Shown piece after piece: positions 1 through 8,673 of a stretch of 20,786 nucleotides of DNA. The notes below the pieces were generated by a model. It saw only the letters and a program-made list of their open reading frames with translations. It was not told where the DNA came from and ran no database searches. The stretch is from Chthoniobacteraceae bacterium. Lineage in GTDB: Bacteria > Verrucomicrobiota > Verrucomicrobiia > Chthoniobacterales > Chthoniobacteraceae. Made by a program: the position numbers and the translations under genes. Position 1 is the stretch's first letter; the number at the start of each line of letters is the position of its first letter. The stretch is taken from assembly GCA_040081625.1 (NCBI GenBank), contig JBEBGD010000096.1:1-20786 (forward strand). The letters run 5' to 3'.

Positions 1-2
1 CA

Positions 3-410
3 ATCGCGAGCGCAGTCAACCCAGGCCAGCCGCTCACCCGCTTCACCCCCACACCGGCGCCCGCGATGCCCGCCCCACAGCCGGCTGCAAAAGCGCAGCC
101 AGCCGAACAGGAGCGCGAAGGAACCCATGAACTGGAGGAAGTGCGCACGATGTTCCGCGACTTCCGCACACGCCTGGGGGAAAATCCGATCGGATCAAAC
201 GCGGAGATGATGAAGGCCATCATGGGCGGCAACGAAGCAGGTGCCCGGCTCGGTCCGCCGCCCGGCCAAGGGATCAACGAGAACGGCGAGTTGATGGACC
301 GCTGGGGCACCGCCTACTTTTTCCACCAGCTCTCAAAGGACAGAATGGAGGTCCGCTCCGCCGGCGCGGATCGGAAAATGTGGACGGTGGACGATCTAGT
401 CACGCATTGA
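3..410 (+). CDS. Partial (5'-truncated) hypothetical protein with GspG/T2SSG-like C-terminal motif
   Basis: The frame is open from nt 3. A Pro/Ala linker precedes the C-terminus DRWGTAYFF...VRSAGADRKMWTVDD, which resembles the GspG tail in this window (DPWGREFFY...YSAGKDGKPNTEDD). Confidence 0.7.
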   Translation: MASAVNPGQPLTRFTPTPAPAMPAPQPAAKAQPAEQEREGTHELEEVRTMFRDFRTRLGENPIGSNAEMMKAIMGGNEAGARLGPPPGQGINENGELMDRWGTAYFFHQLSKDRMEVRSAGADRKMWTVDDLVTH

Positions 411-450
411 TTCAGCGACGGGACGGGTCGGCCTTCGGCGCGGGCGGCGA

Positions 451-476
451 CACAGCTTGGATAGCCGTGGCTCAGA
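451..476 (-). repeat. Imperfect hairpin / possible degenerate REP-like element downstream of kdgK
   Basis: The minus strand reads TGAGC-CACGGCT-ATCCA-AGCTGTG (7-bp stem with one G-U) and lies between convergent genes. Confidence 0.35.
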
Positions 477-483
477 TACCCAC

Positions 484-1569
484 TCAGCGCTGCACGCGCG
501 CGGAGCCACCCTTGGCGAAGGCTTTCACCTGCTCGACGGTCGCCATCGTGGTGTCGCCGGGGAAGGTCGTCAGCAGCGCGCCGTGCGCCCAGCCGAGCTT
601 CACGGCTTCCTCTTCCGGCACGCCGTTGAGCAAGCCGTAGATGAAACCGGACGCGTAGCCGTCGCCGCCGCCGATGCGGTCCACGACATCCAGTTCGCAC
701 ATCGGCGACTGGAAGGTCTTGCCGTCGATCCATGCGACTGCACCCCACGTGTGGCGGTTGGTCGAGTGGACTTCCCGCAGCGTCGTCGCGACGACCTTCA
801 CCTTCGGGAATTTCTTCACCGCCTTCTCGATGACGGCGAAGAACGCGCTCGGGTCGAGCTTGCCCTTCGACTCGACATCCTGCCCCTCGATGCCGAGGCC
901 CTTCTGCAAGTCCTCCTCATTGCCGACGAGCACATCGACATGCTCGACGATGCGCGCGAGCACTTCGACCGCCTTGCCGTGGCCGCCCCAGATGTCCCAC
1001 AGCTTCTGCCGGTAGTTCAGATCGAAGGAAGTCACCGCGCCCGCGGCCTTCGCGGCCTTCATGGCTTCGATGATCACTTCGCCAGTCGTCTCCGAGAGCG
1101 CCGCGAAGATGCCGCCGCTGTGAAACCAGCGCACACCCTGGCCGAAGATCTCGCCCCAGTTGAAGTCGCCCGGCTTGAGCTGGCCGGCGGCTTCGTTGCT
1201 GCGGTTGTAGAAGACGACGGGGGCGCGCACGCCCTGGCCGCGGTCGGAATACACCGTCGCCATGTTCGGCCCGCGCACGCCGTCGTGCTTGAACTGCTTG
1301 TAGAACGGCTTCACGCCCATCGCGCGCACGCGCTCGTGGATGAGGTGACCGATCGGGTAATCGACCATCGCGCTCGCGATGCCGGTCTTGAGCCCGAAGC
1401 AGTCGGAAAGATTCGCCGCGCAGTTGAACTCGCCCCCGCTGACGTGGATCGCGCACTCCGTCGCTTTGCGGAACGGGATGATGCCGGGGTCGAGGCGATG
1501 GATGAGCGCGCCGAGCGAGAGGAAGTCGAGCGCGCCTTTGTCAGCGATGTTGAGGCCGTATTTGGTCAT
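484..1569 (-). CDS. kdgK: PfkB-family sugar kinase, 2-dehydro-3-deoxygluconokinase-like
   Basis: 361 aa with GGEFNCAANL, SFDLNYR, VGNEED and the PfkB signature VDRIGGGDGYASGFIYG. Confidence 0.85.
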   Translation of the reverse strand: MTKYGLNIADKGALDFLSLGALIHRLDPGIIPFRKATECAIHVSGGEFNCAANLSDCFGLKTGIASAMVDYPIGHLIHERVRAMGVKPFYKQFKHDGVRGPNMATVYSDRGQGVRAPVVFYNRSNEAAGQLKPGDFNWGEIFGQGVRWFHSGGIFAALSETTGEVIIEAMKAAKAAGAVTSFDLNYRQKLWDIWGGHGKAVEVLARIVEHVDVLVGNEEDLQKGLGIEGQDVESKGKLDPSAFFAVIEKAVKKFPKVKVVATTLREVHSTNRHTWGAVAWIDGKTFQSPMCELDVVDRIGGGDGYASGFIYGLLNGVPEEEAVKLGWAHGALLTTFPGDTTMATVEQVKAFAKGGSARVQR

Positions 1570-1792
1570 GATGTGCGTGGGTTGATCGTGGTTAGCGGTG
1601 AAAGCGGAGGGGCGCGCATTTTGGCAAAGTGCGCGCGCTTGTCGTGGAAAAATTTTGCGAGGTGCCGATTACGCTCCGCCGTCGCACGGCTCGACACTCC
1701 CCTGCTCCGTCCCACCCGCTGCCGCTACTCCTCACGATGCCATGCTCAATTGCGGAACCGATGTCCGCCGCTTCGCCTGATCGAGCCGCGTC

Positions 1793-1828
1793 TTGCGCAC
1801 GGCGACGCCGATCGCCAGCCTCGCGCAT
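1793..1828 (+). promoter_or_regulatory. Putative sigma70 promoter giving a leaderless mRNA
   Basis: TTGCGC-17 nt-CAGCCT-7 nt-ATG(1829), with no Shine-Dalgarno. Confidence 0.45.
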
Positions 1829-3157
1829 ATGCGTTCCATCATCCCCTTCCTGCTCCTCCTCACGTCGTCCGCTCCCGCCCAACTGCCGCCGTATGATGTC
1901 TTCCCGCCCGCCGATTCACCCTACTACCGGGTGCGCTACGAAGCTTCGACGACGCCCGGCGAACTCGCCTTTCCCGTGAACTACACGGCCTGGCTCCCGC
2001 CGGGCGTGAAGACGTTGCGCGGTGTGATCGTGCATCAGCACGGCTGCGGCGAAGGCTCGTGCAAGTCGGGGCTCACCGGCGCCTTCGATCTGCACTGGCA
2101 GGCGCTCGCGAAGAAGCACGGATGCGCTCTGCTCGCGCCATCCTACGAGCAACCGGATAAAGCCGATTGCCAGCGCTGGTGCGACCCGCGCAACGGCTCC
2201 GACGCGGCCTTCCAAAAATCCCTCGCCGATCTCGCCGCGAAGTCCGGCCATCCCGAACTCGCGAAGGTGCCGTGGGCGCTGTGGGGTCACAGCGGCGGCG
2301 GCCACTGGGCCGGCGGCATGGTGCTGCTGCATCCCGATCGCGTCGCCGCCGCGTGGCTGCGCTCCGGCGTGCCGCCTGTGAAAGCCGCGGAGAACAAACC
2401 CGCGCCCTACTCGATCCCCAACGCCGCGCTGCTCGTGCCCGTGATGTGCAACCTCGGCACGAAGGAAGGTGTGACCGTCAAGGAGGGCCGCTTCGCAGGC
2501 GTTTGGCCGGGCAACGAGATTTTCTTCACGGCGATGCGCGGCAAAGGCGCGCTCATCGGTGTCGCCGTCGATCCGCTCACCGCTCACGAATGCGGCAACC
2601 AGCGCTACCTCGCGATCCCGTGGCTCGACGCCTGCCTCACCGCGCGCCTGCCGGCGAAAACCGGCGCCCCATTGAAACCGATGCCAGCATCCGGAGCGCA
2701 GCTCGCGCCGCTGTATCTCGGCGAAGGCGAAGTCGTCGCGCCCGTGCCGTCCGCGAAATTCTCCGGCGCGCCGGAGAAATCCGTGTGGCTGCCGAATGAG
2801 GCGATCGCGAAAGCGTGGGCGCAATTCGTGAAAGACACCGCCGTGGCCGACCCCACGCCGCCGCCCGCGCCGACGAACGTGCGCGTGAACGGCAAAGACA
2901 TCACGTGGCAAGCCGACGCCGACCTCGAGAGCGGCCTCGCAGGATTCATCATCGAGCGCGACGGCGAACTGCTCGCGAACATCCCCGAACAGCCGAAGAA
3001 CCCATTCGGCCGACCGATCTTCCAAGGACTCCAATACAGCGACACGCCCGTGCAACCGCTCGTGCAGATGCGCTTCACGGACACGAACGCCGAGCCGGGC
3101 AAGGCGCACCGCTACCGCGTGATCGCCGTGAACACGGCGGGGCTGAAGTCGAAGTGA
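1829..3157 (+). CDS. Secreted alpha/beta-hydrolase with C-terminal FN3-like domain
   Basis: Signal peptide [23 protein letters not shown], nucleophile motif GHSGG, candidate catalytic His in AHECG, and tail [10 protein letters not shown]...[13 protein letters not shown]. Confidence 0.8.
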   Translation: MRSIIPFLLLLTSSAPAQLPPYDVFPPADSPYYRVRYEASTTPGELAFPVNYTAWLPPGVKTLRGVIVHQHGCGEGSCKSGLTGAFDLHWQALAKKHGCALLAPSYEQPDKADCQRWCDPRNGSDAAFQKSLADLAAKSGHPELAKVPWALWGHSGGGHWAGGMVLLHPDRVAAAWLRSGVPPVKAAENKPAPYSIPNAALLVPVMCNLGTKEGVTVKEGRFAGVWPGNEIFFTAMRGKGALIGVAVDPLTAHECGNQRYLAIPWLDACLTARLPAKTGAPLKPMPASGAQLAPLYLGEGEVVAPVPSAKFSGAPEKSVWLPNEAIAKAWAQFVKDTAVADPTPPPAPTNVRVNGKDITWQADADLESGLAGFIIERDGELLANIPEQPKNPFGRPIFQGLQYSDTPVQPLVQMRFTDTNAEPGKAHRYRVIAVNTAGLKSK

Positions 3158-3264
3158 TCGCTCGCACCCACGCGCCATGCGGTGGGCGCATTGTTTGATT
3201 GAACCTGACGCCGGCTGACAATTTTCTCGTTCGCGCCGGCTCAATCCTGTTTCCTTCCGCGCCG

Positions 3265-4716
3265 ATGCCTTCCCATCTCGTCCTTGCCCTCGACCTCGGC
3301 ACCTCCTCGACTCGCACGGCGATTTTCGACGCGCACGCGAACCGCATCCTGCCGACCACGACACAGCAGACCTACAAGCTGATCACCTCTCCCGACGGCG
3401 GCGCGGAACTCGATCCGACCGCTCTGATGAGTGCGGTGCGGCATTGCCTCGACCAGACGATGCGCGTCTATCGCAGCGACCCCGCGATGCGCACGCGGGC
3501 CATCGCCGGCATCGGCGTGTCGAGCTTCTGGCACAGCCTGCTCGGCGTGAATGCGAAGGGCGACCCGGTGACGCGCGTCATCACGTGGGCCGACTCGCGG
3601 TGCCGCGCGGACGCGGCGGCGTTGCGGGAGAAGTTCGGCGAGAAGGCGCTGCACGCACGCACCGGATGCATGGTGCGCGCGTCGTTCTGGCCGGCGAAAC
3701 TCAAGTGGCTGCGCCGCACGCAGCCGAAGGTGTGGGCGCGCGTGAAGCAATGGATGTCCCCCGCCGAGTGGCTCCAGCTCAAGCTCACCGGCGGCGCGCA
3801 CTGCGCCCTCGGCATGGCGACGGGCACCGGGCTCTTCAATCCGTCAACGATGCAATGGGACGCAGAGCTGCTGAAGACATGTGCGATTTCACCAGCACTG
3901 CTGCGGCCGCTCAGCGACGCGCCGCTTCCGGTCGCCGGCCTGCTCGCGCGGGAGTTCCCCGAGCTGCGCGGCGTTCCGTGGTTCCCCGGCATCGGCGACG
4001 GCGCCGCGAGCAATCTCGGCTCCGGCGCCACGCGACCGGGCATCGCCGCGATCAACTTCGGCACGAGCGGAGCGCTGCGCGTCATTCGCGAGACCGGCAC
4101 GCCGCGCGCGCCGTTTGGCGTGTCGTGTTACCGCGTGGATGCGCGGCGCTACCTCGTCGGCGGCGCGATCAGCAACGCGGGGAATCTGCGCGCGTGGGGA
4201 CTTCGCGAGTTGAAGCTGCCCGACGACGCGGCGCTCGAAGCCGAGCTCGCCCAGCGCCCCGGCCCGGCGCCGGGCCTGAGCGTGCTCCCGTTCTGGAACG
4301 CGGAGCGCGCGCCGAAATGGAACGAGGAACAGCGCGGCGCGATCGTCGGCATCACGCACCACACCACGGCGCTCGACCTCCTTCAGGCGATCACCGAGGC
4401 CAGCTACCAGCGGCTCGCGCGCATCGCGGAGCTGATCTTTGCGACGGAAAAAACGACGCCGAAGCTGATCGTCAGCGGTGGCATCCTCCGCAGCGCACAG
4501 GCGCTCCAGCGGCTCGCCGATGTCTTCGGGCAGCCACTCTACCCGAGCGAGGAAATGGAAGCGTCCATCCGCGGCGCCGCCATCTACGCGCTAGAACAAC
4601 TCGGCGACACGCCGACCGCGACAAGGTTCGGGCCGCCGGTGAAACCGCGTGCGCAATACGCGAAGCTCTACGCCGAAGCGCGCGAGCGGCAGCGGAAAAT
4701 TGAGGCGCTGCTGTAG
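3265..4716 (+). CDS. gntK: FGGY-family carbohydrate kinase, gluconokinase-like
   Basis: LALDLGTSS, SSFWHSL, ITWADSR, GDGAASNLGSGA, GTSGALR, GGAISNAGN and ERAP motifs. Start chosen at ATG 3265. Confidence 0.8.
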   Translation: MPSHLVLALDLGTSSTRTAIFDAHANRILPTTTQQTYKLITSPDGGAELDPTALMSAVRHCLDQTMRVYRSDPAMRTRAIAGIGVSSFWHSLLGVNAKGDPVTRVITWADSRCRADAAALREKFGEKALHARTGCMVRASFWPAKLKWLRRTQPKVWARVKQWMSPAEWLQLKLTGGAHCALGMATGTGLFNPSTMQWDAELLKTCAISPALLRPLSDAPLPVAGLLAREFPELRGVPWFPGIGDGAASNLGSGATRPGIAAINFGTSGALRVIRETGTPRAPFGVSCYRVDARRYLVGGAISNAGNLRAWGLRELKLPDDAALEAELAQRPGPAPGLSVLPFWNAERAPKWNEEQRGAIVGITHHTTALDLLQAITEASYQRLARIAELIFATEKTTPKLIVSGGILRSAQALQRLADVFGQPLYPSEEMEASIRGAAIYALEQLGDTPTATRFGPPVKPRAQYAKLYAEARERQRKIEALL

Positions 4717-4762
4717 CAACGGCCCTCCGGGCCGTTTCACGCCGCAGAGCGGCGTAGCTACA
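4712..4762. repeat. Inverted pair of GTAG-type REP-like palindromes (REPIN-like doublet)
   Basis: Plus strand TGTAGCAACGGCCC-TCC-GGGCCGTT and minus strand TGTAGCTACGCCGC-TCT-GCGGCGTG, filling the gap between convergent gntK and ybaB. Confidence 0.7.
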
Positions 4763-4763
4763 A

Positions 4764-5072
4764 TTAAAACCCCATCCCGCCCATGCCCGGCGGCATGAGC
4801 TTGCTCATCTCGGCTTGCGACATCGCCTTGCCGTCCTCGATCGCCTTCTTCACCGCGGTCAGCACGAGGTCCTCGAGAAACTCCACGTCCTCGGGATCGA
4901 CGACTTCCTTCGCGATCTTGATCGAGATCACGTCGCCCCCGCCATTGGCGACGACGGTGACCTTTCCGCCTCCAGCCGTGGCCTCGACGGTTTGCTCGGC
5001 GAGCTTTTCCTGCGCGGCGAGCATCTGCTGCTGCATCTGCTGCGCTTGTTGCATCATCTTCTTAATGTTCAT
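4764..5072 (-). CDS. ybaB: YbaB/EbfC family nucleoid-associated protein
   Basis: 102 aa, MMQQAQQMQ...AGGGKVTV...VDPEDVEFLEDLVLTAV, located directly downstream of dnaX. Confidence 0.93.
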   Translation of the reverse strand: MNIKKMMQQAQQMQQQMLAAQEKLAEQTVEATAGGGKVTVVANGGGDVISIKIAKEVVDPEDVEFLEDLVLTAVKKAIEDGKAMSQAEMSKLMPPGMGGMGF

Positions 5073-5078
5073 GTCGGT

Positions 5079-6767
5079 TTAGGCGGGTTGGATTTCGGCT
5101 TTGAAAATTTCGAGCGCTTTGCGGATCAGCGGATCGTCGCGGAAGTCGGCGGCGGGATTCTCCGGCGGCACCGCTTCCGTCGCGACGGCGGGAGCGATGC
5201 CCGCGCGCTTGATGAATTTGACCGTGATCGGCCGGCCGGCGATCTCGCCGAGCAGCGAGTCGAAGAGTTTGTGATTCGCGGGCGTGTCGAGGAGTTCGAA
5301 GGCGAGCGCGTCGTTCGCGTCGATACCGATGGTCGCGGACCCGCCGCGGACCTCGAGCAGCACGGCACGCTCGATATTAGCTGCCTGCAGCGGGCGTTCG
5401 CGGCGCACGCGCTGGATCAGCGCGGACCAAAGCGAAGCGGGATCGAGTGGCGGTTCCGGCGCCTCGGCGATAGCAGGCGATTTTTCCACGAATGCAGGGG
5501 CCGGAGCCGGGCGGGGAGCGGGTGTCTCTGGTTTGGCCGCCGGCGCTTCGACTGCGGCAGCCTGCGGCGGCTTCCGTTCAGGCTGAGCCGGCTTTTGCGG
5601 CGCGGGTTTCGGCGCGGGCGCGGGCGCACCGCCACGCATTGCGGAAAGCGCGTCGAGGACTTCGCCGAGCGTGGCCTGGCTGAGTGTCTGGATCGCGCGG
5701 ATGACTGCGATCTCGAGATGCATCTTCTTGTTCGGCGCCCACTTCATCCGCTGCTCGGCCTCGGCGCAGCGTTCGATGAGGTCGAGCAGGCGCGCCTGGT
5801 CGATGCGCCCAGCCTGATCCCGCACGGTGGCGAGAGTCTCCGGGCTGAGTTCCTCGCGCAGCGCGTCCGGGTCCGCCTGCGAGACGAGCAGCGAGCGAAG
5901 GTGAGCGATGAAATCGCCAAGCAGGCGCGTAAGATCCCGGCCGGCCTCGGCCTCGGCATGAACGGTCCGCAGCGCAGCCGATGCATCGCCCGCGAGCAGT
6001 TGTTCGCAAAGCTGCGCGATGGTCTGCTGCGAGGTGAAGCCGAAGACGCGGAGCACGTCGGGTTCGTCGATCTTGTCGCCGCAGAACGCGACGAGCTGAT
6101 CGAGCATCGACTCCGCGTCGCGCATGCCGCCTTCCGCTCCGCGCGCGACGGCCTCGGCGGCGGCGCTGGCGAGCGCGATGCCTTCCTTTCCGGCGATGAA
6201 CAGGAGATGGTCGCGGATGAGTGCGGTCGGGATGCGCTTGAGGTCGAAGCGCTGGCAGCGCGAGAGGATCGTCGTCGGCACTTTTTGCACGTCGGTCGTC
6301 GCGAAGATGAAGACGACATGCGACGGCGGTTCCTCGAGCGTCTTGAGCAGCGCGTTGAACGACGAGGTCGAGAGCATGTGGACCTCGTCCACGACATAGA
6401 CCTTATACTTCCCGCCGACGGGCGCGTATTTGACGTTGTCGATGATGATGTCGCGGATCTTGTCCACCTGCGTGTTCGAGGCGGCGTCGAACTCGAGCAC
6501 ATTCATCGAGCGGCCCTCGGCGATCTCGCGGCACACCGGCTCATCGGGATCGAAATCGACCTTCGGGCCGTCGGTGCAGTTGAGCGCCTTGGCGAGGATG
6601 CGCGCGGTGGAGGTCTTCCCGGTGCCGCGCGGGCCGACGAAGATGTAGGCGTGTGCGAGCCGCTCCTGCGCGATGGCGTTCTTGAGCGTGCGCACGATGT
6701 GATCCTGCCCGATGACTTCATCGAAGGTGCGGGGGCGATATTTGCGGGCGAAGACCGTGTAGCTCAC
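5079..6767 (-). CDS. dnaX: DNA polymerase III subunit gamma/tau
   Basis: ARKYRP, Walker [36 protein letters not shown] motif, GGMRDA and a Pro/Ala-rich linker. GTG start. Confidence 0.97.
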   Translation of the reverse strand: MSYTVFARKYRPRTFDEVIGQDHIVRTLKNAIAQERLAHAYIFVGPRGTGKTSTARILAKALNCTDGPKVDFDPDEPVCREIAEGRSMNVLEFDAASNTQVDKIRDIIIDNVKYAPVGGKYKVYVVDEVHMLSTSSFNALLKTLEEPPSHVVFIFATTDVQKVPTTILSRCQRFDLKRIPTALIRDHLLFIAGKEGIALASAAAEAVARGAEGGMRDAESMLDQLVAFCGDKIDEPDVLRVFGFTSQQTIAQLCEQLLAGDASAALRTVHAEAEAGRDLTRLLGDFIAHLRSLLVSQADPDALREELSPETLATVRDQAGRIDQARLLDLIERCAEAEQRMKWAPNKKMHLEIAVIRAIQTLSQATLGEVLDALSAMRGGAPAPAPKPAPQKPAQPERKPPQAAAVEAPAAKPETPAPRPAPAPAFVEKSPAIAEAPEPPLDPASLWSALIQRVRRERPLQAANIERAVLLEVRGGSATIGIDANDALAFELLDTPANHKLFDSLLGEIAGRPITVKFIKRAGIAPAVATEAVPPENPAADFRDDPLIRKALEIFKAEIQPA

Positions 6768-6803
6768 AGCGCGAACTGTTCAGCGTCGCCGTGCGCGTGT
6801 CGA
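6768..6803 (-). promoter_or_regulatory. Putative sigma70 promoter of dnaX (leaderless)
   Basis: TCGACA-17 nt-AACAGT-7 nt-GTG start. Confidence 0.5.
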
Positions 6804-6865
6804 GTGGCGCGACTGGAAAAATTTTCGTGGACGCTGGCGCGCCTCGCGCCCACTACCGACCGCAC

Positions 6866-8248
6866 ATGATCGGACATCTGCTCGGCCCCGAAATCCAATC
6901 GCTCATCGAGATGCGCAACTTTGCCGCATTGCGCGAGGTGTTGGTGGATTTCTCGCCGGCGGATGTCGCGGAGATCGTAAACGACCTGCCGGAGCAGGAC
7001 CGCGCGATCGTCTTCCGGCTGCTGCCGCACACGCAGGCGGCGGATGTGTTCGAGTATCTCGATCCCGATGCGCAGACCGCGCTGCTCAAGGCCATGGGCG
7101 CGGGTGACGCGGCGCGGATCCTCAATGAAATGTCGCCCGACGACCGCACCGCGCTGCTCGAGGAGCTGCCCGGCACGGCGGTCGCGCAGATGCTTCAGCT
7201 CCTCTCGCCGGAGGAGAAGAAGATCGCGCAATCGCTGCTCAATTATCCCGAGGGTTCTGTCGGCCGGCTGATGACGCCTGATTTCATCAAGGTCGGGCCG
7301 CAGTGGACGGTCCGGCAGGCGCTCGATTTCATCCGCGATCACGGGAACGACTCGGAGACGCTCAATGTCATCTACGTGACCGACGATCGCGGACGGCTGA
7401 TCGACGACGTGCGCATCCGCGAGTTTCTGCTGCGCCCGCTCGATACGATCGTCGATGACATTCATGACTCGTCGTTCGTGGCGCTGCACGCGACGGACCC
7501 GCAGAGCGAAGCGCTCGAGCTTTTCAAAAAATATGACCGCAACACGCTGCCGGTCGTGGACAGCGACGAGAAGCTGCTCGGGATCGTGACGGTGGATGAC
7601 ATGCTCGACGTGCAGGAGGAGGAGGCGACCGAGGACATCCAAAAACTCGGCGGCACCGAGGCGCTCGACGAGCCCTACATGGACACGCCGATCGGCGAAC
7701 TGATCAAGAAGCGCGCGCCATGGCTCGCGGTGCTTTTCCTCGGCGAGATGCTGACGGCGACGGTGATCGGCTACTTCGAGCACGAGTTGCAGCGCGCGGT
7801 GGTGCTGGCGTTGTTCATCCCGCTGATCGTCTCGAGCGGCGGCAACTCCGGCTCGCAGGCGTCCACGCTGGTGATCCGGGCGATGGCGCTGGGCGAGGTG
7901 ACGCTGCGGGATTGGTGGCGCGTGCTGCGGCGTGAGATCGCGTCCGGCCTGATCCTCGGCGCGATCCTCGGGGTGCTCGGCGTCGTGCGCGTTGTGGTCG
8001 CCGGGCATTTCGCACCACAGACTTACGGTGCGCACGGAGTGCTCATCGGCGTGACGCTGGGAGTGACAGTCGCGTCCGTGGTGCTCTGGGGAACGCTTTG
8101 CGGTTCGATGCTGCCGCTGATCCTGCGCCGGCTCGGCCTGGACCCCGCAACGTCGAGCGCGCCGTTTGTCGCCACCCTCGTGGATGTGACCGGGCTGCTG
8201 ATCTACTTCAGCGCAGCGATGCTGATCCTGCGCGGCACCGTGCTCTAG
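6866..8248 (+). CDS. mgtE: Magnesium transporter MgtE
   Basis: N-domain, CBS pair (VGRLMT, LPVVD, GIVTVDD) and TM region with GGNSGSQA and [18 protein letters not shown]. Start at ATG 6866. Confidence 0.96.
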   Translation: MIGHLLGPEIQSLIEMRNFAALREVLVDFSPADVAEIVNDLPEQDRAIVFRLLPHTQAADVFEYLDPDAQTALLKAMGAGDAARILNEMSPDDRTALLEELPGTAVAQMLQLLSPEEKKIAQSLLNYPEGSVGRLMTPDFIKVGPQWTVRQALDFIRDHGNDSETLNVIYVTDDRGRLIDDVRIREFLLRPLDTIVDDIHDSSFVALHATDPQSEALELFKKYDRNTLPVVDSDEKLLGIVTVDDMLDVQEEEATEDIQKLGGTEALDEPYMDTPIGELIKKRAPWLAVLFLGEMLTATVIGYFEHELQRAVVLALFIPLIVSSGGNSGSQASTLVIRAMALGEVTLRDWWRVLRREIASGLILGAILGVLGVVRVVVAGHFAPQTYGAHGVLIGVTLGVTVASVVLWGTLCGSMLPLILRRLGLDPATSSAPFVATLVDVTGLLIYFSAAMLILRGTVL

Positions 8249-8665
8249 CTACGGCGCGACGTCGTCCTCGGTGTTCGGCTTGCCGTCCTTGCCAGCGGAA
8301 TAGAGGTCGAAACTATCGGGGTGTTTGACCCCGGGGTTCGCGTAGAAGAACTCGCGGCCCCATGGGTCGCGCGGCACTTCATCGAGAATCTTTTTCCAAT
8401 TGAGCGGACGCGGCTCGGACTCGGGGCGGGAGACGAGCGCCTTCAAGCCCTGGTCGGTGCTGGGAAAGTTTCCGGCGCTCATCCGGTAGGTCACCAGGTT
8501 CATCTTGATGGTGTTCATGTTCGCGCGGGCGGCGGTCTCGCTGCCGGTGTCGAGCACGCCGATCTGGTTATAGACGAGCAGGCCGGCGAGCAGCGCGATG
8601 ATCGCGACGACGAGCATGATTTCCATGAGCGTAAAGCCGGCGCGTGATGGGGTGCGGAGTTTCAT
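8249..8665 (-). CDS. gspG: Type II secretion major pseudopilin GspG
   Basis: Prepilin site G|FTLMEI, FPSTDQGLKALV, DPWG and YSAGKDG...DD. Confidence 0.92.
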   Translation of the reverse strand: MKLRTPSRAGFTLMEIMLVVAIIALLAGLLVYNQIGVLDTGSETAARANMNTIKMNLVTYRMSAGNFPSTDQGLKALVSRPESEPRPLNWKKILDEVPRDPWGREFFYANPGVKHPDSFDLYSAGKDGKPNTEDDVAP

Positions 8666-8673
8666 AGGATTGA

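Noticed and set aside
1742..1780. 12-codon ORF MLNCGTDVRRFA in the kdgK/hydrolase gap
   Set aside because: No convincing promoter, RBS or recognisable similarity, so it cannot be distinguished from chance.
5417..5635. Programmed -1 frameshift in dnaX producing gamma
   Set aside because: No A AAA AAG heptamer or long A run. Only G GAA AAA near 5480-5490, without clear stimulators.
1795..6796. Identical 14-mer GCGCACGGCGACGC in the hydrolase (1795-1808 +) and dnaX (6783-6796 -) promoter regions
   Set aside because: It is very GC-rich, non-palindromic and at different offsets in the two promoters, so it is plausibly chance in this base composition.
6768..6865. M-box/Mg2+ riboswitch upstream of mgtE
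   Set aside because: The gap is only 98 bp and is shared with the divergent dnaX promoter, too short for this riboswitch.
457..8035. Long antisense ORFs (457-1896, 1916-3364, 4815-6869, 6764-8035 and others)
   Set aside because: These are shadow frames of well-supported genes in high-GC DNA, with no recognisable motifs.
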